Shown: positions 1 through 13,630 of the stretch, one piece after another
Numbering within the stretch: the first letter of the stretch is position 1
How the letters are laid out: each line of letters opens with the position of its first letter
Source: Macrostomum lignano
Lineage: Eukaryota
DNA length: 64,000 bases
Assembly: GCA_002269645.1 (NCBI GenBank)
Contig: NIVC01000152.1
Span: 496,001 to 560,000, forward strand
Reading direction: 5' to 3'
Translations under genes and position numbers: made by a program
The notes under the pieces: generated by a model
What the model was told of the DNA's origin: nothing
The model's input: only the letters and a program-made list of their open reading frames with translations
The model's database searches: none

Positions 1-275
1 TGGTGGCATTTTTAGTGGGGGGGGGGGGGCTAGCGGCTAAGCGGCATCGAATTTCCCAGACAGCTGGGCCGTTTCACGCCAATTTTGTCCATTTCCGAAG
101 CTTTCATTCTCTCACTGTCCCGGCCTCTGTGCGGCAAAACAGCGGCATTGGAGTCCGTTCGGGATCCACAAGCAGAAGGGATAAATTGCCTAAGCGTGCA
201 GTTGGGGACACCGGATATTGTCTGCGCTCTTTGTCGTTATTTAGCCGAGTTTTCCACTGTCCACCCAGCATGCGA

Positions 276-449
<174 letters not shown>

Positions 450-759
450 GTCTGTCTCCCTCTGTGCAGCAGTTCGGGGGGACTGAGCTGACATGACTAA
501 GAGCACTTTGTATTTAGTTTTAGTTTTAGTTATTTTTGTAACAGTTTCTCAACTACAGGTTTTATTGCAGTTTATTTTTTAGCTTCCCAAATCTTACTTG
601 GCAGTGATGTGGAGATTTGAGAGTCATAATTTTCTTAGAAACAAAACTGGGCCCTTAGATTACTTGAGTTGCGCGCAGTCCACCCATAACAGGTCGCAAA
701 ACCCTAGCCCAGTTGTCCGGTCTAGGTCTTGGGCTTCCTCTTCTGCCTCTCTTCTTAAA

Positions 760-1270
760 TCTCTCTCCTCTCTCCTCTCTCATTTCTCCTCTCCCTCCGC
801 TCTCATCTCTCATCTCTCATCTCTCATCTCTCATCTCTCATCTCTCATCTCATCTCTCCTCTCATCTCTCTCATTTCTCCTCTCCCTCCGCTCTCATCTC
901 TCATCTCTCCTCTCATCTCTCCTCTCATCTCTCTCATTTCTCCTCTCCCTCCGCTCTCATCTCTCATCTCTCCTCTCATCTCTCCTCTCATCTCTCCTCT
1001 CATCTCTCCTCTCATCTCTCCTCTCATCTCTCCTCTCATCTCTCCTCTCATCTCTCCTCTCATCTCTCCTCTCATCTCTCCTCTCATCTCTCCTCTCATC
1101 TCTCCTCTCATCTCTCCTCTCATCTCTCTCATCTCTCCTCTCTTCTCTCCCGTCTGTCCTTGCTTCTTTCTCATCTCTCCTCTCTTATCTTTCTCATCTC
1201 TCCTCTCCCTCCTATCTCTTCTCTTTCATCTCTTTTCTCTCCCTCTCCTCTCGTCTCTTTTCTTTCTCAT
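760..1270. repeat. CT-rich 12-bp minisatellite (CTCTCCTCTCAT)
   Basis: Direct reading. Confidence 0.95.
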
Positions 1271-1463
1271 CTATTCTTCGCATTCTCAAAAACGGGGCGC
1301 TGCTTCGTCTACTTTTTAACAGCTTATATAGCTGTTCTAACTGTTACAGGGTGCAGCCGAGTGCAGTTCAATAAATATATCATATTTTTACTCCTCAACA
1401 TATCAATTTAGCACTATCTAGGCAAAGCATTAACATACAGGATAGCCTAAGAAAGGCCCCTAC

Positions 1464-1544
1464 CTCATCCGCGTCCAAGTCGTCATTGTACTCGGACTCG
1501 CTCATCTCGCCAGTGGCAGCAGGGGCGGCTGCAACTGTCGGGAT
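1464..1544 (-). CDS. Exon E of unidentified gene (acidic)
   Basis: ccccAG|ATC CCG ACA...GAT GAG|GTAGGG. IPTVAAAPAATGEMSESEYNDDLDADE. An alternative acceptor at 1557 gives a different entry phase. Confidence 0.45.
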
Positions 1545-3844
1545 CTGGGGCTGGGATCTGTGGGGAAGCGAGCCCGCTCAGTGTCAACCGCAGATGGCAG
1601 CCGGTCCAACTGTGCCCAACTGTCCAGGCATGCGGGATGCCACAATAAAGAGGGGGATTTCCTTAGGAAATTGAGTCGGCAAAGTTGAGGCGAAAAGAGA
1701 GAGAGGACGGAGGCCTCGGGAAGCTGCTAGAAGTAAAAGAGAAGCCCTCACTCTTGTTGCTATGCCAGTCTGACCGGCTCTTATCCTACCAGACCTCGCC
1801 TGCCAGCGCTCGCTCCCCCTTTCCTCGCCCGCTCTCTTCCTCCTAATTCTGGTTGGACAACAAATGCAAAAGCAGCAACTAGGGCTGATCCCTCTTCTGT
1901 TGCTGCTGTTGCTGTTGCAGAATTGAACCCCAACAGCTCTCCGACTTTTGCCGCCGCAGAAAAAGGTTGGAAGAAGATTTTCTGGTTGATGACAGCATTT
2001 TTTTTGCTGAGCTCTAAACTGCGGTTTTTCTCCAGCGATGCTTCGTACTATTCCTGTCTTTATTTATCATCAGTTTATTTCTTGCTTGCCAACACACCTC
2101 CGTGCGGGACACCCACAGCTCCTTCCTCTGTGTTCTTTACCCAGAAAAGCCTTCAAACTTTGCCTTGAGAGAGATCGCGCGCGCCAGTGAAGCCGGCAGC
2201 TACTAGTATTAACGACTCCTTCGCGTAGTAAGGGGAAAACTAGAGGATTTGAAGGAGAAAATGGGATAAGAATAGGCAGAGAAGGGGGAGGGCGAGGGCG
2301 AGGGCGAGGGCAACAAACCGGAAGAAGGCAGGGCCAGAGGATCAGTGCAAAGCTGGGCGGCCTGGAGAGGGTTGTGGGGGATTATTTGACGGGAGGAGGA
2401 ACTGAGGTGGAGGCGAAGACGGAGAAGGAACCGCTGAGCAGTGCTAGAAGTGAGGCTGAACAGAGGCCAAGAGAGAGAGGGAGACAAGGACAGGAGAATT
2501 TCTGGCGAAAGAAAGGATCCGCATAGGAGCGAGTTATTGAGAAGAGAATTGAGCAGGTACAAGGCACTGAGGCTTGAACTATAGCTGCAGAGAGCGCACT
2601 AGAGGCCGCGCTTGGATCACCACATCTTGGACCTCTTGGTGGCAAGTTAGTTGATAGTATTATTAAGCTATACTTAATCTACTTATAGCTTCGGTTCGCA
2701 TCGAGACTAGGCCTGCCCACTACATAACGTGACTGATAGACAAAGGCCAACCCGGATGTCAGTGGCATGCGCAATCAAACAGAGCAGTGAACCTTTCACT
2801 TTGTTAGGGCTTCACATTTTACCTGTGCATTTAAGTTGAGCCATGAACAGCTGAAGCGGAAGGCCGCTTGCAGCAGCTGGATGGGCGGCAGTTTTCAGAA
2901 ACGCCTTCGACAACATCTCGTCCCACAGCCAGCTTGAATGAATATGGAATGGAATGAATAAAGGGAATCGAACCAGGGGTCGTGGCGCAAGAGTCGCTCC
3001 GTCCCCTTGCGTCCTCCTGCTTTTGTCAATCCGAGATAGAAATTCTAACGCACACTGAGCTACATCTCGCCCACTTAGGCCTGCCGCTAACACGTGACCG
3101 ATGGACAAAGGTATCTGGAGCGCATTATAAAACTAACGGCCCCCTTGAAGGACTGCTCAACGCTGCTTTCACCCTCGCCCTCAAATTCTTTAGGTTTGCG
3201 GATTTCTGGCCCATACAGCTGATGCACTTTAGATCCCTCAGCGGCTTCCATTCTGCCGAGACAGTTTGGCGGCAGATATCAGAATTTAAGAAAGGGAAAG
3301 GATTACCGAAAGATGGGCTGAAAGACTGACAGAGCTTTTCTCTCTGAGGGCCTTCATTCTATCCGCTTTCTTTCCTAACCCCTCTCTTCTCTCCCCGCTC
3401 CTCTCCCCATCTCTGAATAATCCCGTCCCTGCCCCAGTTGGCCCAAAATGCATGACTATAAGTGGTGGTTCTGTTCAACCAGGTGATTGATCAGTTCCTG
3501 TCCGCCCCGAGACAAGTGTATTTGGCCTCGAGGCTGAGGAGCAGACTGTTGGAGAAGACGGCCTGCAGACCTGCTCCCACTTGTCTCTGTTTGTCTCTGC
3601 ACCCCCTTCTGCCCCGATCTCATGCTGCAGCCACATATGCGAGCTGATAGAACTTATCAGCTGATGTGCGATAGCTCCCCGGTGAACGAGTGATCAAGCT
3701 GCTACTGCAGGGAATTCGGATACGATGCTTAGCGAACTACTCACAGTAAGCTATTGGAGTGTCATCTGACTGAGCTTGAATTTACTACGAACTGCGCTGC
3801 GATACAAGTCCAAAAGAAAAATAGGGCTACGTAAGTACCACCAC

Positions 3845-4337
<493 letters not shown>

Positions 4338-4346
4338 GCGCCTCAC

Positions 4347-4505
4347 CTCCAGCCTGTCAAATGTCTGATCAACCGTCTCTGTCCTCAGCAGCTGCTGATG
4401 AGTAGTCCGTCCACCGACGCCACCGCCGCCGCCGCCGCTGCCGCGGTTGCCCCCTGAAGGCATGGCGCCCGATCTGCTGGCCAGCATTTCGCTCACAATG
4501 CGGAC
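4347..4505 (-). CDS. Exon D of unidentified gene (paralogous to exon C)
   Basis: ccttAG|GTC CGC ATT GTG AGC GAA ATG (or ATG 4487/4463)...CTG GAG|GTGAGG, phase 0. Ends LLRTETVDQTFDRLE. Confidence 0.55.
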
Positions 4506-5049
4506 CTAAGGCTATACTTGCTTTCTAAATCGCTTCTGCCTTTCTAAAGCGCGTTTTCTCTCAGCGCTCTTTAAGCTGCTCCAAGAAATGACTTGCCGCT
4601 GCGATACATTTATATCCACTCAGAAAGCATTCTCACAGTGGAGAACAGACGGCTCCAAAAGCAAGAGAGTCGCGCACGTCACTGCCAAGTCAGGTTCACT
4701 CAGGAAATTCATTCTCTTTGTGGCAGCTCGGGACAACTGTGCTTTCACAATGGCCTTGGAGCACGCTCTCGCTCACCCTCCCTCCCCCACCGTCTCTGTG
4801 CCCCTCAGTCTGTTGCATATTCCTGTCCAGTAGCCAAATTATTCTGTTGGAGATTTCAGCGTTTCCGTAAATAGAAAAAGCAAACTTGATTTGAGGAAAA
4901 GCGCTTGACCTTAGGCCTGACATCAGCGCGAGAAAAACACAATCTTATTTTGCAGTTACCTCAGAATTATCGAAAATCTAAACATTATAAAACGAGTGAC
5001 AGTCTTAAAATTCCATATCCGCATGGAGTGGCAGAAAAAAATCGCTATT

Positions 5050-5250
5050 GGAGGGTGTGACAGATTCTTACAATCCATTGAAATGGTGTGACAGACCTTT
5101 ACAATCTCTTGGATTGGTGTGACAGATCCTTACAATCCCTTGGAATGGTGTGACAGATCCTTACAATCCCATAGATAGGAGTGACAGAATTCTTACGGTC
5201 AGATAGAATGGAGTGACAGAATTCTTACGGTCAAATAGAATGGAGTGACG
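5050..5250. repeat. ~30-bp degenerate tandem repeat (GTGTGACAGATCCTTACAATCC...)
   Basis: About 6 copies. Confidence 0.85.
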
Positions 5251-6299
5251 GATTTTAGAATCAAACGTGCGAGCTTATGTGTTATATCTTCACTGAAAAG
5301 ATATAACAAAATGTTAGGAAAAAAATCCCAATTCTCCACACCGCGTGTATGTTCTAAAAAAATGAAAACTCCAGCTAAAAAAGTTCTCGGAATTCTGTAC
5401 TGCTACTTACAGTAGAAAACCTGGGAATAGGGCTTTTCTAAGAAAAAGAAACGCTCGTTGACGGCTCTAATGAGCTGCTGGTGTTGACTTAGGCGCGATG
5501 GAATGTGAAGTGTTTGGGCAGAGAACTAGCTAATTTATTTGTTAGCTAAAGCTCTCATTTGACAAGGTCAAAAAAACGCTCATTAATAGGCCATATCTAG
5601 TAGCCAGGGGCAGAAATTTGTGTCTTTTTTGTCTAAATTCCCTCCTTTAGCTGCCACCAGCCCTAATCTGCTTTGGATTAAACATCGATGCAAAATAATC
5701 GAAAGACATTGAGAGAAAAATTCTAAGAAGAGATAAACAGACAGGCAGACAGGCTGTTGACTAGGGGGATACTTGTCTCAATTTGCATGCTAATCTCGCC
5801 TCGATGCATTAAGTGTGGATGGCAGCTCTTGACAGTGTCAGAGATGCGTAGACAGTCACAGTTACAGGACTGAGAGCAGAGGCGGCTGCAGTGCAGTTTC
5901 TGAGGCTAAGAAACAGTTAAAAGTGCAATTTGAGCGCAAGAAAGAATCGCAATTCAGCAAATCCCAATCCTTATTGCCTTCACTATCTTTATTTAAGCAT
6001 TCAAGTTGGGCCAAGTTTTCTCGATTGATTTCCAAGCTCTCACTCTTACTATATAGTGGTAGGTATCAAAGGTTTTTTTAAGCAGGATTGAGTTGAATCA
6101 AATTCTGACGGAAAAGTCGCATTCGGCACTTTATCAAGCGGGAGTGGCTGGGCTGGCCCACCACTGCCTCCAGGGAGCTTGTGGGGGAGGGCAACAGTCC
6201 CCTCCAGAGGGAGCTGCGGACCCTCTTCGAGTGCTAAATATGCTGAGCAATAGTTTGCCTGAGCAGGGAGCAGCTCCATTGGGATTCTTTTGGGGCCTC

Positions 6300-6770
6300 T
6301 CTTCTCCACCTCTTCTCTCTCCTCTCTCCTCTCTCCTCTCTCCTCTCTCCTCTCTCCTCTCTCCTCTCTCCTCTCTCCTCTCTCCTCTCTCCTCTCTCCT
6401 CTCTCCTCTCTCCTCTCTCCTCTCTCCTCTCTCCTCTCTCCTCTCTCCTCTCTCCTCTCTCCTCTCTCCTCTCCCCTCTCTCCCTCTCCTCTCTCTCTTC
6501 TCTCCTCTCTCCTCTCTCCTCTCTCCTCTCTCCTCTCTCCTCTCTCCTCTCTCCTCTCTCCTCTCTCCTCTCCCCCTCTCTCCCTCTCCTCTCTCTCCTC
6601 TCTCCCTCTCCTCTCTCTCCTCTCTCCTCTCTCCTCTCCCCCTCTCTCCCTCTCCTCTCTCTCTTCTCTCCTCTCTCCTCTCTCCTCTCTCCTCTCCCCC
6701 TCTCTCCCTCTCCTCTCTCTCTTCTCTCTTCTCTCCTCTTTCGTCTCCCATCGTTTTTTTCTATCCTACC
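6300..6770. repeat. 7-bp pyrimidine satellite (CTCTCCT)
   Basis: Direct reading. Confidence 0.95.
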
Positions 6771-7639
6771 TTATTCTTATATCTCTCACCCTCCTTTCTC
6801 TCCTTCTATCATAAATGCTTTCCATATTTTTTATATTCAATGGCAGCATCAAACCACAAGCAAAATTTAGTATAACTCATTCAGATCTCATGCAGTTCGC
6901 ATGAGCACAGCTGAGCCTCTGATCATCCGCAGGCCATGACAAACTTTTCTGAGATGAACAAGCTAAGCATGGAACTTTTATCCAGATTCCAGGTCGCTTC
7001 CCACTGCCACTCGTATCCTCCCCAACCGATTTCCTTCTCAATCCATTCCGGGGCCTCAGTTGTCCAATGAATATTTTATTTTCATCGCGCACGCTGCACT
7101 CAGCCGAGCAAGTGGAGGCGCCGTGCCGGATCTTCGGCTATCTCTCCCGTCTCTTCACCTCCCCACCCTGCTTGCGGAGTTTTATGCGATGCATCCGCGG
7201 GACAGGCCGACCCGCCTCTTCCCTATGCCAGCTGCGCGGAACAGCCCGCGCATTCTGCAATGCGTTCTGGGATCGGCTTGATAGAGTTAAAAGCAGAAAA
7301 TGTCTGCCCAAATCAGTGCCTAATTTATTGGTTTTCCATTGCTGTTGCATTGACTCTCAGGAGTTACTAAACATGAAACTTAAAATAGCCGCTGAAGTTT
7401 TATGATAGCGCAGCCACAGGGAACCAGCATTCCGGAATTTTTTTACTTTGGGCGCTGGCCGGGGAGGGAAACAGAATCTAGCTGCGTTAGCACTTCGAGA
7501 TTTTTAAACTTTGGGCACTGATTTTTTCAGAGATTTTTTTTGTTCAAAAAGTTATGGGGCTTCTCTGAATTGGGTCTTTTGCAACATTTTTTCGATTGGC
7601 ATTTCTTATATTTTTTATTGACACCAGGCTCGTTAACTA

Positions 7640-7761
7640 GACTCGAACCCAGGACCTTCTTGGTGCTTAATAATAGCTTTATTCGTTGGATTGCTAGTCG
7701 ACTTGTGTTAAATCCACCTGGGCACTAATCCGACTCGAACCCAGGACCTTCTTGGCGCTTA
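7640..7761 (-). repeat. 30-nt direct repeat of a B-box-like fragment (7640-7669, 7732-7761)
   Basis: GACTCGAACCCAGGACCTTCTTGG(T/C)GCTTA occurs twice. The reverse complement contains GGTTCGAGTC. Confidence 0.7.
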
Positions 7762-7788
7762 GTCTCTATTGGCGGCTCCTGTTCTCAC

Positions 7789-7974
7789 CTCCATATTCTC
7801 GAACACGGTGTCAACGTTCTCCGTGCGCCTGTTGAACCGCCCCTTCAGCAGGGCACCGCCACCGCCGCCGCCGCCATCACCGACGTGATCGTCGCCTCCC
7901 CCGCCGCCACCACCGCCGCCGCCACCGCCTCTGCCGCCGACCGTGACGCGAGCGGCGAACATGACTTTTATCAG
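7789..7974 (-). CDS. Exon C of unidentified gene (Gly-rich)
   Basis: aaatAG|CTG ATA AAA GTC ATG TTC (or start at ATG 7962)...ATG GAG|GTGAGA, phase 0. Ends RFNRRTENVDTVFENME. Confidence 0.55.
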
Positions 7975-8289
7975 CTATTTATTAATTTATAAGAAACTCA
8001 ACGCGACTGAAACACGTCGACTGTGTCGATAGCCCCAGCGATTTAGAAGGCTAAGCTTACATATACAGTAATAATATGCAACCAATGGGGCCAACCTTAG
8101 CCAACCACAGCTAGCCATGGTGGATTTGGACTGGAGCTCGCCTTCCACCCTCCACTTTGCGGCCTCTCTCGGTGTGAGCAGAGCGGCTTTGAATTTGTCA
8201 GCAATGGAGTTGTTGAACTCTGTCCAATTGCGGAGTGGTGGCATTATGCTGACAGTAATTTCAGATAATTCTTACTTTTGTTAATATGA

Positions 8290-8770
8290 CAATTCTCACG
8301 ATTGCACTGTCTAGTTCTCACGGTTGCATTGTCTGTTTCTCACGGTTGCACTGTCTGTTTCTCACGGTTGCACTGTCTGTTTCTCACGGTTGCACTGTCT
8401 GTTTCTCACGGTTGCATTGTCTGTTTCTCACAGTTGCATTATCTGTTTCTCAAGGTTGCACTGTCTGTTTCTCACGGTTGCATTGTCTGTTTCTCAAGAT
8501 TGCATTGTCTAGTTCTCAAGGTTGCATTGTCTGCTTCTCACGGTTGCATTATCTGTTTCTAACGGTTGCATTATCTGTTTCTCACGGTTGCATTGTCCGT
8601 TTCTCACGATTGCATTGTTTGTTTCTCACGGTTGCATTGTCTGTTTCTCACGGTTGCATAGTCTGTTTCTCATGGTTGCATTGTCCGTTTCTCACGATTG
8701 CATTATCTGTTTCTCACGGTTACATTGTCTGTTTCTCATGGTTGCATAGTCTGTTTCTCACGGTTGCACA
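8290..8770. repeat. 22-bp minisatellite (CTCACGGTTGCACTGTCTGTTT)
   Basis: About 21 copies. Confidence 0.95.
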
Positions 8771-9639
8771 GCACAGTCTGGTTCTTACGTTCATATCACC
8801 TTCTTATAATTTTCCTGTCTACTTCTTGCAATAATACTAGCTATTTTTCAATACTACCTACTTCTCACGATTTATCCTGTCACTATTCTATTGTCTACCG
8901 GTAATCTACACTAACGCAATGCTCTTCCCAGAAAAATTCAATGAGCTAATGCTCATAAATCTTACCTAGCCAGCTGTCAAGTGTCGGTACTGAACTGAGG
9001 TCTGCAGAAATCCCCGAGAGCCCAAGCACCCAGGAGCAGAAGCAGCATGCGGTGCCTTCTTTGTCTAACCATGGCTTGATTTATTAATGCACTGCTAGGG
9101 TTGGCAGTCAGGCCATTGCAGCCGTGTACCACCCTCAAACTCAAAAAGCAATATTGTTGTCTCTATTGTTGTTGCACCGCGGACAGAGCGGGGAGATGGT
9201 GCACAGCAGAAGAAGCGAGTGGCGGAATTCCTCTTTGAAGTTGTTTTCTTTTAAGTGACTCAATTTTGGGTTGAATTCTATTAGCTAAATTGTTTTCAAG
9301 AGGTCCTCAGTTCGAGTCTCAGCTCTTGGAGAAAATTTCTGAAACCCAGAACCCATGCACTGGGTGCAATATACATGGCCTGAGTGAATTCAAAATTAAA
9401 TCAAAGCTTTTATCTTAATTAAGTTCTGTATTCATCATCGTGCGCTTGCGTATAAAGTCTGTTGGCTGCTACTAATAGTAAGACGAACAGCCGAAAAAAA
9501 CTGTCGAAAAAATTCTGAACAAGTCAAGCAATAAAATGTCGACTAGAATGAATTTCAAGCTACTGATATTAGCGTGGTTTGCTTATCGAAATCGGATATT
9601 TTTTGGGAAGCTTAGCGGTGAGAATCTCTTCAGGATACA

Positions 9640-9716
9640 CGCGCGGCCTCATCAAGAATCGAGCCCGGGTCCTCTTGTTCAAGAGAGTGACGCTCACGAC
9701 CCCTGCCTTCCTGAGA
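9640..9716 (-). mobile_element. tRNA-like SINE head fragment
   Basis: Minus strand AGGCAGGGGTCGTGAGCG...CCGGGCTCGATTCT with B-box-like motif. Confidence 0.45.
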
Positions 9717-10260
9717 CCCCTCTGTGACCCCTCTGTGACCCCCTGCGACCCCCGTGCGACCCCTCTGCGACCCGTCTGTGACCCCCTGCGACCCCTCTGT
9801 GACCCCTCTGTGACCCCCTGCGACCCCTCTGTGACCCCTCTGTGACCCCCTGCGACCCCCCTGCGACCCCTCTGCGACCCCTCTGTGACCCCTCGCGACC
9901 CCTCTGTGACCCCTCTGCGACCCCTCTGTGACCCCTCTGTGACCCTCCTGCGACCCCCTGCGACCCCTCTGCGACCCCTCTGTGACCCCCTGCGACCCCT
10001 CTGTGACCCCTCTGTGACCCCCTGCGACCCCCTGCGACCCCTCTGCGACCCCTCTGTGACCCCTCGCGACCCCTCTGTGACCCCTCTGCGACCCCTCTGT
10101 GACCCCTCTGTGACCCTCCTGCGACCCCCTGCGACCCCTCTGCGACCCCTCTGTGACCCCCTGCGACCCCTCTGTGACCCCTCTGTGACCCCTCTGTGAC
10201 CCATCTGTGACCCCCCTGCGACCCCCCCGCGACCCCTCTGCGACCCCTCTGTGAACCCCT
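9716..10260. repeat. GACCCCTCTGT / GACCCCCTGC minisatellite
   Basis: Direct reading. Confidence 0.95.
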
Positions 10261-10369
10261 ACAAGTAAAAAGGTAAGAAAATTCTAGTTAAAAAACTCAG
10301 TCTTCGCTATGTTTACTACACAACATATCGGCTGCCGAACGTTCTCTCTCTCTACCATCTCCGCCTCAC

Positions 10370-10654
10370 CGCCTGCAACTGCGCCAGCCTGGTCGCCTCC
10401 TCATCCCGCCTGCTCGTCCCGCCGGCCGCCGCTTTCTGGCCGCCGCAAGTCGCCACCGGCTCCGCCTTGGCCTCAGCGGCCGCTGCAGCAACGGCGCCTT
10501 CGCCGCCTCTGTTGCTGTTGCCCTGGCGACTGGCGGTGGCGACTTGGCCGGCCTGCCGCCGACGAAGCAGCCGCCGCCAGTGGCTGTCCGGGTCTTCGGC
10601 GATGACATCGTCGTTGGCGTAGTCTTCGAACAGCGGGTCCGGCGGCGCAGACAT
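10370..10654 (-). CDS. Exon B of unidentified gene (probable alternative first coding exon)
   Basis: ATG at 10654 with an in-frame TGA three codons upstream. Donor GCG|GTGAGG in phase 0. 95 codons, very GC-rich (MSAPPDPLFEDYANDD...RLAQLQA). Confidence 0.55.
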
Positions 10655-11104
10655 TCCCGCTCAACTCAACTCAAGCAGAGATGCTGCTCAGGTGCGCTAG
10701 CAGTGTGCTCAGCTGTCTCCTCTCCCGTCGCTCTGCTCCTCCCGCCCCTCCCAAAAGCTCTGGCAGCTGCTTTTGTTTTTTCTTATTTTCGAAAAAAGCA
10801 GACGAGAGCAGAGCAGAGACAGAGAGAAAATGAAACATCGCCTTTGCTTTGAGGGGCGGCTCGAGGAGGCTTGGGAATGGGTGGGATTTTTGAGGATCAT
10901 TTTTTCTCTCTCAGTCTCTTCCCTTTCCCTGTCGCTTCTGACGGCTACGCAGTGAAGGCCATCGGCGCTTCCCTGCCACGTCTTCCGGTAATTACAGCGT
11001 CTGCAGCCTCCTCCGCCCAGATGGAGCTCAACTGCTCCCATTCTACGAAATATGGGAATGCAGCAGCAATTTCTGATTATTAGATCCAATTTCCAGGCTG
11101 AGTA

Positions 11105-11760
11105 CATGAGACTGAGACACATGAGACTGAGACACATGAGACTGAGACACCTGAGACTGAGACACATGAGACACATGAGACACATGAGTCTGAGACACAT
11201 GAGACACATGAGTCTGAGACACATGAGACACATGAGTCTGAGACACATGAGACACATGAGTCTGAGACACATGAGACACATGAGTCTGAGACACATGAGA
11301 CACATGAGTCTGAGACACATGAGACACATGAGTCTGAGACACATGAGACACATGAGTCTGAGACACATGAGACACATGAGACACATGAGCCTGAGACACA
11401 TGAGACACATGAGACACATGAGACACATGCGTCTGAGACACATGAGACACATGCGTCTGAGACACATGAGACACATGAGACTGAGATACATGAGACACAT
11501 GAGACACATGAGACTGAGACACATGAGACACATGAGACACATGAGACACATGAGACACATGAGACACAGGAGACTGAGATACATGAGACACATGAGACAC
11601 ATGAGACTGAGACACATGAGACACATGAGACACATGAGACACATGAGACTGAGACACATGAAACACATGAGACGCATGAGACACATGAGACTGAGACACA
11701 TGAGACACATGAGACACATGAGACACATGAGACTGAGACACATGAGACACACGAGACTGA
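11105..11760. repeat. Composite 9-bp (GAGACACAT) and 6-bp (GAGACT/GAGTCT) array
   Basis: Direct reading. Confidence 0.95.
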
Positions 11761-12179
11761 AGATCTGTCGACTCTCCAATTCAAGAAATCCGTATTGAAT
11801 TCCTAATTTTAATCCCTCTGAAATGCTAGCTGTTTCAGCTGTGAAGCATATGCTAGTTAGTAAAAATGTATCAAAAAAATGTAAATCTGCTTCAGGCAAA
11901 ACAGGCAATCAGAAAGCAAAAGACGAAGAGCATTAATCAACTGCTTCCTTTCTTTCACTTCAAAGGCTTTTATGTGCCTCTGGATGAAGCTTCTAATTAT
12001 TATACCTGAATATTAATTTGTGCGTTTCCGACTGAGGCAATTTCGTTAACTTTCGTCCACAAAGGAAACGAATATACCTCTTAGGTTTTACAGTATTGAG
12101 AGTCCAGTTATTATTGAAATTGAACCAGCATTAACTACTTTCGAGTATTATATATGGAAAATAGATGTTCATATAGATT

Positions 12180-12947
12180 TCAGATGATAATCAGATTGCA
12201 GATAATCAGATTGCAGATAATCAGATTGCAGATAATCAGATTGCAGATAATCAGATTGCAGATAATCAGATTGCAGATAATCAGATTGCAGATAATCAGA
12301 TTGCAGATAATCAGATTGCAGATAATCAGATTGCAGATAATCAGATTGCAGATAATCAGATTGCAGATAATCAGATTGCAGATAATCAGATTGCAGATAA
12401 TCAGATTGCAGATAATCAGATTGCAGATAATCAGATTGCAGATAATCAGATTGCAGATATGAATAATCAGATTGCAGATAATCAGATTGCAGATATGAAT
12501 AATCAGATTGCAGATAATCAGATTGCAGATAATCAGATTGCAGATAATCAGATTGCAGATAATCAGATTGCAGATAATCAGATTGCAGATAATCAGATTG
12601 CAGATAATCAGATTGCAGATCATCAGATTGCAGATAATCAGATTGCAGATAATCAGATTGCAGATAATCAGATTGCAGATAATCAGATTGCAGATAATCA
12701 GATTGCAGATAATCAGATTGCAGATAATCAGATTGCAGATCATCAGATTGCAGATAATCAGATTGCAGATAATCAGATTGCAGATAATCAGATTGCAGAT
12801 AATCAGATTGCAGATAATCAGATTGCAGATAATCAGATTGCAGATAATCAGATTGCAGATCATCAGATTGCAGATAATCAGATTGCAGATAATCAGATTG
12901 CAGATAATCAGATTGCAGATCATCAGATTGCAGATAATCAGATTGCA
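12180..12947. repeat. 15-bp minisatellite (GATAATCAGATTGCA)
   Basis: About 50 near-perfect copies. Confidence 0.98.
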
Positions 12948-12980
12948 ATTGAACTGACTGCTAACAATAAAAATGCTCAC

Positions 12981-13106
12981 AGCAAGCACTTCAGGCGAAA
13001 GCTGGCTCAGTGCCTCCTTTCCAGACTTCTTCTTGTAGTTCTCCTTGCCGCCGCGCCGTTCGCCGCCGGCTCCGGATGACGCGTACATTGCCTCTGGCCG
13101 CCCGCA
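12981..13106 (-). CDS. Exon A of unidentified gene
   Basis: Strong acceptor ccttctccccacgcAG|TGC and donor GCT|GTGAGC, 126 nt, phase 0-0. CGRPEAMYASSGAGGERRGGKENYKKKSGKEALSQLSPEVLA. GC-rich island between two minisatellites. Confidence 0.55.
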
Positions 13107-13149
13107 CTGCGTGGGGAGAAGGCGGGGCTCTCAGCATTCAGACAATTCG

Positions 13150-13630
13150 ACATTCTCATTCCCCTACACTCATTCCTCTACTCTCATTCCCACATTCTCA
13201 TTTCCCAATTCTCATTCCCCCATTCTTATTCCCCGATTCTTATCCCCCTACTCTCGTTATCCTATTTTCATTCCCCTACTCTCATTTCCCTACTCTCATT
13301 TCCCTACTCTCATTCCCCTACTCTCATTCCCTTACTCTCATTCCCCTACTCTCATTCCCCTACTCTCATTCTCCTACTCTCATTCCCCTACTCTCATTCC
13401 CCTACTCTAATTCCCCTACTCTCATTCTCCTACTCTCATTCCCCTACTCTCATTCCCCTACTCTCATTCTGCTACTCTCATTCCTCTACTCTCATTCCCC
13501 TACTCTAATTCCCCTACTCTCATTCTCCTACTCTCATTCTCCTACTCTCATTCCCCTACACTCATTCCCCTATTTTCATTCCCCTACTCTCATTCCCCTA
13601 TTCTCATTCCTTATTCTTATTCCCTATTCT
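13150..13630. repeat. 14-bp minisatellite (CTCATTCCCCTACT)
   Basis: Direct reading. Confidence 0.95.

Noticed and set aside
1680-3400. Purine-skewed segment with short ORFs, suggestive of a decayed retroelement
   Set aside because: No RT, endonuclease, integrase, gag zinc-knuckle, LTR or TSD features were recognised.
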